A stretch of DNA of 64,000 nt from an uncultured virus (IMG/VR IMGVR_UViG_3300042695_001232) (taxonomy: Duplodnaviria > Heunggongvirae > Uroviricota > Caudoviricetes), in IMG/VR virus record IMGVR_UViG_3300042695_001232. One strand, 5' to 3'. Under the pieces are notes generated by a model that was given only the letters and a program-made list of their open reading frames with translations, did not search any database and was not told the DNA's origin. Shown here piece after piece: positions 48,350 to 58,568 of this stretch. Position 1 is the stretch's first letter; each line of letters opens with the position of its first letter. Made by a program: the position numbers and the translations under genes.

Positions 48350-49138
48350 TTAAAAGTTCAAATTTGTTTTACTTAATAGTTCATCCACATTTTTAATATT
48401 TCTAAAAATAACATCAAATGTATGACTATTAAAATTTATAACATATGGTGCTAAATTCTCAACGTCAATTAATTCTAAATTTTCTTTCATTATAGATCTG
48501 TATTGATCACTAATGTAACCATGAATTACCATACCATTTCTTATACCATCAACATAAAAATATGAGTTTCCATTGATTTTATTTATTTTAATGTTTTTAT
48601 ATTTAAGATATGAAATGAACAATAAAACTTCAGCACACATTCGTATATCATTGTCTTGATATATAAAATCTTCAGCTAATATACTACTATAAGCTGTTTT
48701 GTATATAGAAAAAACCAATTCTTTAGTTCCAGCAATAATATTATCACATGGATGATATGGAAATTCTGGATTTACAGCAATATTACTACACAAATATTTA
48801 TCATTTATATTTGATCTTACTTTATTTACAAGATATTGAATATTTGAATAACAATGATTTGTTCTAACTTTTACAACATATTGAGTATCACACTGACGCA
48901 ATCCATTTAATACTGAGTTGATATGAAGATAGATATTCTGATGATTGTATATATTGGTAACATCTATATCCGATTCACATATTATTTTATCATAATGATT
49001 TGCATGTTGTGAAACATGGTCCATATATTTTTTATTGGTCGATAATATGACTTTACCAAATCGTTTTAATTCGGCACACATAGGAATGTGCGTTTCATCA
49101 TAATTTCCATGAATTATAAATGTAAAATCACCGAGCAT
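48350..49138 (-). CDS. WavE-like protein
   Basis: FIIHG, QNIYLH..S..NGL, YVVKVRT, HPCD.IIAG, CAE. Confidence 0.6.
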   Translation of the reverse strand: MLGDFTFIIHGNYDETHIPMCAELKRFGKVILSTNKKYMDHVSQHANHYDKIICESDIDVTNIYNHQNIYLHINSVLNGLRQCDTQYVVKVRTNHCYSNIQYLVNKVRSNINDKYLCSNIAVNPEFPYHPCDNIIAGTKELVFSIYKTAYSSILAEDFIYQDNDIRMCAEVLLFISYLKYKNIKINKINGNSYFYVDGIRNGMVIHGYISDQYRSIMKENLELIDVENLAPYVINFNSHTFDVIFRNIKNVDELLSKTNLNF

Positions 49139-49140
49139 AT

Positions 49141-50508
49141 TTAATGTTTTTCGTAATTTTTTAAAAAATTTTCTAAATCTTCAGGGGTTCCAAGACCCCA
49201 CATCTTTTCAATATTAAATGTACGAACCTTTTTACCGTCAGAAATGGCTTCATTGAAGACCGGACACACATAAAATTCATTGTTGACACGAATGTTCTTT
49301 TGAATCATTTGTTCAGCATACTTAACATAGTCACTGCCCTTTCTCCAATAGTATATGCCTACAGTCGCAATATCACTTATAGGACGTTTTTCAGCAACTT
49401 CAGTCACATATCCTAATTCATTGATTTTTGCATAACTCCACTTGGGGTGTGTAGATTTAAACGTAAGAATATTACCATCTAAATCTCCAGTGGTAGATGT
49501 ATAAATAAACTCTTCGTTATTCCACTCAACAAATTGATCACTGTTGGCAATAATCAAAGGTTCATCCTTATTAATATATTGTTTTGCTAATAGTGTCGTA
49601 CAAGCAGCACCTTCGGTAATTCCTTCAATCTGAACAATTTTATTATTTGGACAGAAATTATCAAGTGTATCTTTAAGGTTGTACTTTTCAAAATGACTTT
49701 TCTGAACAATAAAAATATACTTGGCGTCTACGTTCAAATTGTCAACTACCCATTGAATCATGGGCTTTCCACGTACATCAATCAAAGGTTTAGGAAATGT
49801 ATATCCAGCCTTTTCAAATCGACTACCTGCGCCTGCCATTGGTATTAAAACATTCATTTTTCCTCCTTGCCATTTTGGTCTTTTAGTATTTTTATTGATA
49901 CAATCTATATGTTCCGTAATATTTTCATACGTTACATCTGTTGGATTATTTACTCCCAGTAAATAAGCACCACTATTGTTTGCAGCATTACGTCCAATAA
50001 CACTATCTTCAATTATAATGGTTTCTTTTGGTGTTGCACCTGATTGAATCATTGATCTCAAATAGATCTCAGGATGTGGTTTTGGATGTTTTACATCTTC
50101 ATTAGACAAATAAAAATCAACGTATTCCAATAACCCCAACTTTAGTAGAGTTATTTTAACACTATCACGAATACTATTGCTAGCAACAGCAATAGTATAT
50201 TTTTGTTTTAACTTTCGGAGAACTTCTATAAGTCTTGTATCCGGAGTCAATTCACGTAACATTTGTGAGGTGTATACTTGTTTACGAAACCATACACTTT
50301 CAAACTCCATTCCAGATAATCCTTTTTCACGACCAAGTAAATCTAATTTTTTATGAGTACTAAGTCCATCATACTTAGCAAGATGTTCATCGTATGAAAT
50401 CTCATACTTTGGATCGACATCACGTAACGCTTTATTTAAAGCATCATAGTGAAGTTTTTTAGTTTCAACCAAAACACCGTCTAAATCAAAAACAATTAAT
50501 TTTATCAT
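49141..50508 (-). CDS. HAD phosphatase + sugar-phosphate nucleotidyltransferase fusion
   Basis: FDLDGVL, KPHPEIY, IEDS; IPMAGAGSRF..PKPLI, TEGAACT, NSDQ, NNEFYV.P, LGTPEDL. Confidence 0.88.
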   Translation of the reverse strand: MIKLIVFDLDGVLVETKKLHYDALNKALRDVDPKYEISYDEHLAKYDGLSTHKKLDLLGREKGLSGMEFESVWFRKQVYTSQMLRELTPDTRLIEVLRKLKQKYTIAVASNSIRDSVKITLLKLGLLEYVDFYLSNEDVKHPKPHPEIYLRSMIQSGATPKETIIIEDSVIGRNAANNSGAYLLGVNNPTDVTYENITEHIDCINKNTKRPKWQGGKMNVLIPMAGAGSRFEKAGYTFPKPLIDVRGKPMIQWVVDNLNVDAKYIFIVQKSHFEKYNLKDTLDNFCPNNKIVQIEGITEGAACTTLLAKQYINKDEPLIIANSDQFVEWNNEEFIYTSTTGDLDGNILTFKSTHPKWSYAKINELGYVTEVAEKRPISDIATVGIYYWRKGSDYVKYAEQMIQKNIRVNNEFYVCPVFNEAISDGKKVRTFNIEKMWGLGTPEDLENFLKNYEKH

Positions 50509-50518
50509 AAAAGTACAT

Positions 50519-51280
50519 TTAATAACAATGTTCAAAATGATAAAATTTTAAAACAGGATTATTAATATCACCTTTTCGATAAATAATTAATGGAGAATTA
50601 GGTCTTATTGTTTTTATATTATTTAATTCAAATTGTTTTTGTAACAATATATGTGATATACAAGATCCGGTCATTAAACATAAATTTATTATATCGTCAT
50701 ATGTATTACAAAATGTTTCAAATGGTCGTTGTTTTGCAATACATAAATTATCATCGATCCAACCTTCTCCACATCCATAAAATTTATCATCTTTTACCAA
50801 AATGTGATCTACATGAACTATAATTGATGAATCATTCAACGTAGTAAGTTGATGTATATCAATAGGATCACAACATGTTACATCGGGTCTTAATCGAATG
50901 TACAAATCATGTTCAATATTATTAACACGTTCATATTCCTTTACAAATTTATATGCACGCTTTAATTTATACATCCAGTATAGTGTATTAGAAACTTTAT
51001 TTTCTTCAGAATGACCAAATAACTTTACAAGAATTTCATACGGAACCATATCCTTTATCAATCCAGCTGTATAATCAGTAAAAGTTTCAGTATCAAAAAC
51101 TTTTACATATGGTTGATATGCTCTTAACAACATATCTTGATCATGATGATTCCATATAGACATGAAAATATTTACTGTGTGTCCATTGTTAATTAATGGA
51201 TTAATTATATTATTATAATTTTCAAAAACTGATTGTTCAAACAAATCTATTCTTCCAGAAATGATAATTGCTATATTCAT
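50519..51280 (-). CDS. Glycosyltransferase-like protein
   Basis: IAIIISG, IFMSIW, D.YIRLRPD, DD. Confidence 0.55.
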   Translation of the reverse strand: MNIAIIISGRIDLFEQSVFENYNNIINPLINNGHTVNIFMSIWNHHDQDMLLRAYQPYVKVFDTETFTDYTAGLIKDMVPYEILVKLFGHSEENKVSNTLYWMYKLKRAYKFVKEYERVNNIEHDLYIRLRPDVTCCDPIDIHQLTTLNDSSIIVHVDHILVKDDKFYGCGEGWIDDNLCIAKQRPFETFCNTYDDIINLCLMTGSCISHILLQKQFELNNIKTIRPNSPLIIYRKGDINNPVLKFYHFEHCY

Positions 51281-51306
51281 AAACTAATTTTGTAATATTA
51301 GATCCT

Positions 51307-51939
51307 TCACAGTTTGTATGCGGCAGCAATACCCCAATCAGATCCTCCATCACAATACTTTACAACTCTATACATAGATCGATCAACTGCTGGTACAACA
51401 AGATTTGGTCCCGGATGATAGTTAGTATCATGAAAAATAACTACACCTTTATCATCAAGTAAGTCAGTATATGTCCAGTCATTAATAACAGTATTCACTG
51501 AATGCCATCCATCGATAAACAACACTGAACACTTATGAAGTCCGATGGTATTTAAATAAGAACGTATATTTACCTGATCATGTGAATTAGCTTTGATTGT
51601 GTATACACGATTCAAATCATCATTCAAAAAAGTCTTGTCATCAAGATCAATACCACAATAAATACCTTTTTTGGCGTAAAGTAATTGTGTAGTAAACGAT
51701 CTTTTATTATTACGAGCAATACCAATTTCAATAACATTTTTTACATTAACCTTACTCAATATATCATCCAATGCTTCTTTATTAGCATCAGTGATTTCCT
51801 CTATAATTTCATTAAATGGTGCAATATGTCCTGGCCAATCAACATCGTTATCAGCTTCATTTTTGAAAGATGGAAGATAAGAAAGTCCATTGATATTGGA
51901 TGGGGTCTGAGTATATAAATTTTGATCTATCGTAAACAT
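51307..51939 (-). CDS. SAM-dependent methyltransferase (Methyltransf_24-like)
   Basis: IEIGI, FIDGWHS, IFHDT. Confidence 0.75.
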   Translation of the reverse strand: MFTIDQNLYTQTPSNINGLSYLPSFKNEADNDVDWPGHIAPFNEIIEEITDANKEALDDILSKVNVKNVIEIGIARNNKRSFTTQLLYAKKGIYCGIDLDDKTFLNDDLNRVYTIKANSHDQVNIRSYLNTIGLHKCSVLFIDGWHSVNTVINDWTYTDLLDDKGVVIFHDTNYHPGPNLVVPAVDRSMYRVVKYCDGGSDWGIAAAYKL

Positions 51940-51941
51940 AA

Positions 51942-52268
51942 TTAATTTTCGTATTTGTCATTCTTTGAAGATGGAACCTTTACAACAATTAGTTCACAAT
52001 CTTCTAAGAATATAGGTTTTACAGATTCATATCTGTCAATGATAAATATGGTTCCTGCATCAATAACTGTATTATTAATAGTCATTTTTCCACGAATTAG
52101 AAAGTTTATTTCTTCACTTATCTTATGATAGTGTTTTGGCCAATCTTCTCCTTTATGATGAAGTTTATATGATACCTCAAATGATGTGGTTTTAAACACT
52201 GTTGGTTCAAAATCTCCAATAAACCAACCACCTTTATCCATAAATGGTTTAGAATCAAATACTCGCAT
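51942..52268 (-). CDS. Cupin
   Basis: GWFIGDFEP, HYHK.SEEIN...G, VVKVPS..DKY. Confidence 0.8.
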   Translation of the reverse strand: MRVFDSKPFMDKGGWFIGDFEPTVFKTTSFEVSYKLHHKGEDWPKHYHKISEEINFLIRGKMTINNTVIDAGTIFIIDRYESVKPIFLEDCELIVVKVPSSKNDKYEN

Positions 52269-52273
52269 ATCAT

Positions 52274-52909
52274 TTATAAAATTGTTTCGAGTTGTTCTTT
52301 AGACCAAAGTTCCATTGTTCGATATGGATATGGATTAAATCTATCATCAGATTCATTATAATCCACGATAGTATCAATTGGAGTTGGGAAATTCCAAGGG
52401 GAAATATTCCAATTAATTTCTTGAAACGTTTCACCGTTTATAATATTAGGAACATTAATATTACATCTTGGATGATTTGATGTAAGTAAAAACTTAAAGT
52501 CTGTTTTCAATAAATTACTAAAAAACTTTCTTTTCATATCATCGGTAAGATGAAACAAACAATCTCTCACAAAAATCAAATCTTTTGAAGGTAATTGATC
52601 TTCGGTAATATCAAGTTGAATAAATTTGTTTCCATATATATTGTTATTTCTAGAAATCATATCTTCATGAAGATCTCCTCCAATATAATCAAATTCATTT
52701 GGGAACTTTATTAAACTCATCCATTGATGATCTCCACATGGAGCATCTAACATACTGTTAATATTGTGTTTTTTTAAAAACTCTACAAATACACTTCTAA
52801 TAGGACGTGTATACCATAACGTAGATCCGGGACCGCAGTGGTATTCGGATAGAATCAATTGTCCATTGGAAGTGTATCGTACAAAATCATTTTGTAATTG
52901 TTTGTTCAT
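52274..52909 (-). CDS. Class I SAM-dependent methyltransferase
   Basis: CGPGS, LDAPCGD..WM, RDCLFHL. Confidence 0.82.
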   Translation of the reverse strand: MNKQLQNDFVRYTSNGQLILSEYHCGPGSTLWYTRPIRSVFVEFLKKHNINSMLDAPCGDHQWMSLIKFPNEFDYIGGDLHEDMISRNNNIYGNKFIQLDITEDQLPSKDLIFVRDCLFHLTDDMKRKFFSNLLKTDFKFLLTSNHPRCNINVPNIINGETFQEINWNISPWNFPTPIDTIVDYNESDDRFNPYPYRTMELWSKEQLETIL

Positions 52910-53628
52910 ATATAATTTAACTTTCTAAATTTATCTAAATCTTGTGGTATTCCAATAGGAAAGTGTTCATTGAAAAAATACTGAACTACTTTCATTCCTT
53001 TTTTTATCATATAGTTATAACTTGGTGCAACATAAAACTCATTGTTTGATCTGTCGTTTCGTGAAAACATTTCATCACACGAATCAAAGAAAGAAGATCC
53101 TTTTGTCCAAAAATGAAGACCATTGGTAGCATAATTACTTATTACTTCTTTTTCTTTAACTTGTGTAATTAATCCGTCATCATTTAGTCTAACGTAACTG
53201 TTTTTAGGACTATTTGAATAAAACGTACCAAGTACACCATCTGCCGAATTCTTTTCGGCAAAAGACATCAATCGATTTAAGTCTAAGTCAAAAATAACCT
53301 GATCACAGTTTGTTATAATCAACGGTTCATTAATATTAATATGTGGTTTTGAAAAATATGATGTTCTTGCCGGCCCATCTGTCAGTTCATCAATAATAAA
53401 ATATTTAACCATCGATGTATCACAGTAGTCTTTTACATTATCTATAATATTAAATTTCTGTTGATGTTCTTTAAGAATACATACAAAAAACTTTACATCA
53501 CTATTATAAAAGTTATTTATAACTCTAGCTAACATCGGCAATCCATTAACATCCAACAATGGTTTTGGAATTGTGGTATTAAACCTAGTACCCAATCCAG
53601 CAGCTGGTATAACAACATTCATACTCAA
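52906..53628 (-). CDS. Sugar-phosphate nucleotidyltransferase
   Basis: IPAAGLGTRF..PKPL, TDGPA.T, NCDQ, NNEFYVAP, IGIPQDL. Confidence 0.88.
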   Translation of the reverse strand: MSMNVVIPAAGLGTRFNTTIPKPLLDVNGLPMLARVINNFYNSDVKFFVCILKEHQQKFNIIDNVKDYCDTSMVKYFIIDELTDGPARTSYFSKPHININEPLIITNCDQVIFDLDLNRLMSFAEKNSADGVLGTFYSNSPKNSYVRLNDDGLITQVKEKEVISNYATNGLHFWTKGSSFFDSCDEMFSRNDRSNNEFYVAPSYNYMIKKGMKVVQYFFNEHFPIGIPQDLDKFRKLNYI

Positions 53629-54833
53629 GATTTAAGTCCCCATGTTTTAATTGCATTACGATATTCCTTACCATGTTCTCCAGAAATCGACTGTTTCATT
53701 GCACGAACTCCAGCTGCACTCCCCATCGGATGTGACGATATAGCGCCACCAACGTTAGCCATCCAATTACAATGGCCCAACTTATTAATAATATATTGAA
53801 CCAATCCGGGATGCATTCCACAACTCAATGCTGAAACAGAATTTAATGATACTAACTTATTAATTGTTCGAACCAAACTATCTTCATCACTATCCAAATA
53901 TCCACCAATCATACCAACATGAAGAGTAGAACATCCACATCGACTTGCGATCTCAAACAAAACAGATTCGTCGATAGAATAATTGTGTTGAGGATTTGTC
54001 CACATCTTATCTCCGCTCTTTTGATAATGAAGATACAAATTCAATCTTAAATCCTTAACCATTTTATACGCACCATATCCGCTATGAATGTTGATATGAA
54101 GTCCGTTGATACCTAAGTTATGTACTTTACGAATACGATCCTCTAAATATAAATGATCACAAGTTATAGATGGTGCATATACCATTTTGATGTTATTAGT
54201 TCTGAGATAATCACCAATCTTCTCAAGTCGTTTTTCTATAGAACAAAATGACTGATTGGAAAGAATTTCATCTTCTTTTATGAAGTTACATCCGTTATCG
54301 GCGTAAATCTTTACAACCTCAACATAATCTTTAACATTCAAACCAATTTTTGGCTTTATAATTCCGCCAAATAAAGGATAGTTTTCATCTACACCACAGT
54401 ATTTTCTCATTTCTTTTAGACCCAAGTTTGGTCCATTGAATATCTGATCAAACTCTTTTGAAAATTCAATATTTGTAATTCGACATTTCTGAATAATATC
54501 GATATCAAGTTGTCCACCCATAATTGTGGTCAAGAAATGAGTAATTCCATCTTCCTTGTAGTTGAAATTATTGTCAGGATAATAGATATTAATCAACCCT
54601 TCTTTTTCAGAAAAATTATTGGTATCAATTATCTTTGCACAATACGTTTCAAACAATTCCCGAGACTCAAACTCAGATCTTTTTTCAGGATTACCAACAC
54701 TCTGTCCAACTGCAATTGCATATGCAGCATCCCAAAGATTAGTTTTTGATTTAACATCGTATGTGACAATGTTACCGTTGTTATTATTTGTACTTGATAC
54801 CAATACTATGTCGTTTATAACTTTTTTATTCAT
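53625..54833 (-). CDS. RuBisCO-like protein (form IV-type RLP)
   Basis: GGIIKPKIGL, NFIKEDEIL, LHVG, SCGMHPG, GGAISSHPMG..AG..A. Confidence 0.9.
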   Translation of the reverse strand: MNKKVINDIVLVSSTNNNNGNIVTYDVKSKTNLWDAAYAIAVGQSVGNPEKRSEFESRELFETYCAKIIDTNNFSEKEGLINIYYPDNNFNYKEDGITHFLTTIMGGQLDIDIIQKCRITNIEFSKEFDQIFNGPNLGLKEMRKYCGVDENYPLFGGIIKPKIGLNVKDYVEVVKIYADNGCNFIKEDEILSNQSFCSIEKRLEKIGDYLRTNNIKMVYAPSITCDHLYLEDRIRKVHNLGINGLHINIHSGYGAYKMVKDLRLNLYLHYQKSGDKMWTNPQHNYSIDESVLFEIASRCGCSTLHVGMIGGYLDSDEDSLVRTINKLVSLNSVSALSCGMHPGLVQYIINKLGHCNWMANVGGAISSHPMGSAAGVRAMKQSISGEHGKEYRNAIKTWGLKS

Positions 54834-54836
54834 AGT

Positions 54837-55736
54837 TTATTTTATATAGTGTGTTACTGGTTTAATAAAGTTTTTAGTTTTATCAGAATGACATTCATAA
54901 AATGCTTTTATATATGAATTCATATCACGCATTTTATGTCCGGTTTTACACACACTGTCATGCCATGATATCGCATCTATTGCTTTAGTGAATGTTTTTT
55001 TAACAGTGTTGCTTTTAGCAAAAAACGGTTCCATATTATATATATCTAGTATGTTTAAGTTATTTACTACAGTATCAAAATAGTTCTGATATACCATAAC
55101 ACTTATTTTGTTGTCTGGACTCCATGCCATTCTAGGATCGGTACCATAAAAATCTTTAATCCAATAACTAAATATAGGTTCATCACCTTTTATGTTCTTA
55201 CTTTTAAGCCAAGATGCAAAAAGTAATACTACAGGACATAATCTAGTATCAATTTCATCATAAATAAAGTCTTGAGTTAATATTATAGACTCTGCTATTT
55301 CAAATGTATCCTTCAAATTTTTAGTTCGTCCACCCATTACATGGTCACAAAACTGATATGGCCATACTGGATTAATATTGATGGGCACACATGATAACTT
55401 TTCTGAGTTTTTTCTTATAGAATCTACTACATATGGTATTCCGGAATAAAAAGAGTCAGATCTGAACTTAACAGCATATTCAGTGTTTATAGAACACAAT
55501 GCTCTTTTCGTGGATCTCACTTGATGATATACGTTATCATAATTGTAAATTTTCTCTATATTGGTATCGATAATATCATTGAGTATTATCATGTCATACA
55601 CACTTGGGTCAGAAATTTTATCTAAATCAGACATGTAACATGACAAAACAACTTTTCCTTCTTTTTTAAGGTTACCTAACATCAATAAATGTGTAGTGTT
55701 GTATGGTCCTTGAATTATAAACGTAAAATCACTCAT
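54837..55736 (-). CDS. WavE-like protein
   Basis: FIIQGP, NVYHQV.ST, YAVKFRSD, FCDHVMGG; paralog of 48350. Confidence 0.6.
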   Translation of the reverse strand: MSDFTFIIQGPYNTTHLLMLGNLKKEGKVVLSCYMSDLDKISDPSVYDMIILNDIIDTNIEKIYNYDNVYHQVRSTKRALCSINTEYAVKFRSDSFYSGIPYVVDSIRKNSEKLSCVPININPVWPYQFCDHVMGGRTKNLKDTFEIAESIILTQDFIYDEIDTRLCPVVLLFASWLKSKNIKGDEPIFSYWIKDFYGTDPRMAWSPDNKISVMVYQNYFDTVVNNLNILDIYNMEPFFAKSNTVKKTFTKAIDAISWHDSVCKTGHKMRDMNSYIKAFYECHSDKTKNFIKPVTHYIK

Positions 55737-55781
55737 TTGATATATAACTATGAAATTTTTTTTATAAAAAATTATTAAAAA

Positions 55782-58325
55782 TTAAAATTCAAAAAATGCA
55801 GATGCAGCTTTCCAGTTTGAATTAGGATATTCCCAGTTCAAAACTTTATAGAAATCAACAAGTTTACTCTTCAACTCTTGTTCATACATAGTATCACGAT
55901 CCATATATTTTGTAATAATATCCATAATTTGTTGAGGATCAGTTCCATCTGCTTTCATCGCCAAACATTCAATTCCATATTCATTCTGTTTAAGATATAC
56001 CCACTTAATTTTCTGACCATGAAATATCGGAGGAATAATCTTGGTCAAATTAAACTGTGCCAACAAATCGTTGTAATACAACGCTGCCTTAACTTGGGCA
56101 GGAGTTCCAGAAACAATCTGAAATGGTTGACGACTCTTTGGATTATAATCAGCTTTAGTCTTTTCGCTCTTGAACTTCACACTTGTATTTTTAGCAAGTT
56201 CAATCACTCCAAAGTTCTTCATATCTTCTGTAAACTGAAGAATATTGTTGTTGATAGTTTCTTGATCAACGTTTTTCAACAAATCAATCAAGAATTGTTT
56301 CATGAAAGTTCTAAACTTGGCAGGAAAGGATGTTCTCACCACGTCAATTCCCTTGACCTCAAGTTCATCACATTCAACCCCACCCTTATTAATAATGAAC
56401 TGACAATAACGTTTCTTAGCCAACCAAAACGACGACTTGGCGATTACTTCTTGTTTTGCATCAAAACGATGTTGTTTTACGTTAAATAATCGAAGAGCCA
56501 TAATATCAAACATTTGGTTAACATATGTTTGAGCTTCTGCAGTAACTTTCAGAATAGCTTCGGTCATTTGTTTTTCGTCATTTACATCAATGTCAGGCAT
56601 CGTTTTCTTAATAATAGGCAAAGCACTAGTAAAACAAGAATCGGTATCAACGTAAATAACATAATCCTTACCTTTTGCTTCATCACCAAGAACATTCTTA
56701 TAATATTGGTTGATGGCCATATTTGCAGTCTTAATGATACTGACACCACTCAATGTTACTGCTTCAGCATTATCCTTATCATAAAATCGAAATACTGGCA
56801 GACCCAAACAACCATAAATGGAGTTTAGCAAAATCTTTTGAACTTTCTGACGTTGATCATAAAACTCATACAATTCCCATTCCTTTGCATCAGCGTGCTT
56901 CTTGGCCAACTTACGCATTTCTTTACGTTCATTAAACCACTTGATCAAAATACTAGGAATCGTACCTTCTTGTCCGTCTCCTTTTGGAAGTTTATAGACA
57001 GCTCCATTACTAGCGACACTAAGATTATTTTGAATCAACATGTCACTGAATTCTTGTGATGAATACTTTTGTCCGCTTAATACTACATCTGTCAACTTGC
57101 CACGAACAAAGTCTTCTGCATTCCAGTTTTCAACTTTAGCTATTTTAGTTTCAGGACTAATGTTAAGACTAATAATGATATTCGGATACATTGATGTAAG
57201 ATCCAAATCAAACACCCAATCATACCTACCAGGCACAGGAGGTTTAACAAACGCACCTTCAAATCCTTCTTCTCCGTCTTCCAATTGTTGTTCATATTCT
57301 TCACGTCCATCTAATGGTTTATTCGGAGCAACACGTCCTTGACGACGCAAATACATCAATATGGCACCTTCAAGGTATCGTGATGAAGTTCCAAATTGTT
57401 CATAACCAACATGCCCGGTGTGACAGATACGACGAGCAAGATCAATGAATTGTAACTTCTTATCAAGAGCAACCACAATCTTAACGTCATTAAGGTTGTA
57501 TTCAATATACTTTTGAATGTCATCACGATACAAATCATTAAGGCTTCCGGTATAAGTGATCTTGTCGATATTGACCACCTTCTTACCGATAGCACCAAGA
57601 GTATAACTTGGTTCATTTTTTCCACTAAACTTCTGATACAATGTAATATAGTCCATACATGAAATACCAGCTAAAACCATTCGTTTTGCAAAGTTATTAT
57701 AATAACATTCCCGAATCGGACTCAATCTTTTAGCAAAATTGGCACCCATCACTCTCTTGATACGATTATACAGATATGGAACGTCGAACCCATCAATATT
57801 CCATCCAGTAATAATCGTGGGTTGGATTTCCTCCCACTTATTCATAAAATGACTAATTAATGATTCCTCATTGTCAAAACTTTGAATACTTGTATCTGTT
57901 GTTTCACTGTCTTGAAGTTTGCCATCTTTATCCAAAATAAACGCCGTGTACTTGGATGTAGCACTATCGTACAAAGCAATAGCGGTGAGTTCCTTATCAC
58001 CCTCCTCAATAACGGGAAATCCACCTTCGGAACTAACCTCAATGTCAAAAAAGACAATACGATGTCCTTTGGACGGTTCATCACTGTTTTCGTACGCGTC
58101 AATCAACACCCGTGTTTCGGGAGGAACATCACCTTCAAAGATTGAAGGATCATTACGGTTAAAGTTTGTAACCTTTTCTAGTTCATCCCCGTAAACAGAA
58201 CGATAACGTCCACCTGACTTCTTACGATACGCATACTTAGGAACTGGAAATGTAACATGTCCCTTCTGGTCATCCCAAAGGTGCACTGTTTCTGTTTTCT
58301 TATCTATATAAATGTTTTGATACAT
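55782..58325 (-). CDS. Family B DNA polymerase
   Basis: Exo FDIE, GWN..FD, YNLND; pol DLTSMYP, KILLNSIYG, YVDTDS, KKRY. Confidence 0.96.
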   Translation of the reverse strand: MYQNIYIDKKTETVHLWDDQKGHVTFPVPKYAYRKKSGGRYRSVYGDELEKVTNFNRNDPSIFEGDVPPETRVLIDAYENSDEPSKGHRIVFFDIEVSSEGGFPVIEEGDKELTAIALYDSATSKYTAFILDKDGKLQDSETTDTSIQSFDNEESLISHFMNKWEEIQPTIITGWNIDGFDVPYLYNRIKRVMGANFAKRLSPIRECYYNNFAKRMVLAGISCMDYITLYQKFSGKNEPSYTLGAIGKKVVNIDKITYTGSLNDLYRDDIQKYIEYNLNDVKIVVALDKKLQFIDLARRICHTGHVGYEQFGTSSRYLEGAILMYLRRQGRVAPNKPLDGREEYEQQLEDGEEGFEGAFVKPPVPGRYDWVFDLDLTSMYPNIIISLNISPETKIAKVENWNAEDFVRGKLTDVVLSGQKYSSQEFSDMLIQNNLSVASNGAVYKLPKGDGQEGTIPSILIKWFNERKEMRKLAKKHADAKEWELYEFYDQRQKVQKILLNSIYGCLGLPVFRFYDKDNAEAVTLSGVSIIKTANMAINQYYKNVLGDEAKGKDYVIYVDTDSCFTSALPIIKKTMPDIDVNDEKQMTEAILKVTAEAQTYVNQMFDIMALRLFNVKQHRFDAKQEVIAKSSFWLAKKRYCQFIINKGGVECDELEVKGIDVVRTSFPAKFRTFMKQFLIDLLKNVDQETINNNILQFTEDMKNFGVIELAKNTSVKFKSEKTKADYNPKSRQPFQIVSGTPAQVKAALYYNDLLAQFNLTKIIPPIFHGQKIKWVYLKQNEYGIECLAMKADGTDPQQIMDIITKYMDRDTMYEQELKSKLVDFYKVLNWEYPNSNWKAASAFFEF

Positions 58326-58328
58326 AAC

Positions 58329-58562
58329 TTATTTAATATAACCCAACTTCGATGTTAGACTCTCATATATTGTTAGATGTTCTGGTTGAACAGAGTCTTT
58401 TGCCTTTAAAATTTTTTCAGTCAACCAATGACGATTAATTGATGGAAACAAAGATGGTTCTAATTCTATGCCATATATTGCGGGTCTATCAATTTTATTT
58501 ACGATATACCACAACATTGACGTTTCATCATCATTAAGTGAGTACAATTCTTCCAATGTCAT
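58329..58562 (-). CDS. Hypothetical protein
   Basis: First gene after promoter, upstream of polymerase. Confidence 0.6.
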   Translation of the reverse strand: MTLEELYSLNDDETSMLWYIVNKIDRPAIYGIELEPSLFPSINRHWLTEKILKAKDSVQPEHLTIYESLTSKLGYIK

Positions 58563-58568
58563 TTTATA

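Noticed and set aside
53625..54833. Bona fide CO2-fixing RuBisCO (rbcL)
   Set aside because: K334, H294, N123 and E60 equivalents appear replaced; no small subunit or phosphoribulokinase in the window
55878..58194. Several long + strand ORFs (up to 203 aa) antisense to the polymerase
   Set aside because: Shadow ORFs of a codon-biased gene, with no motifs or expression signals
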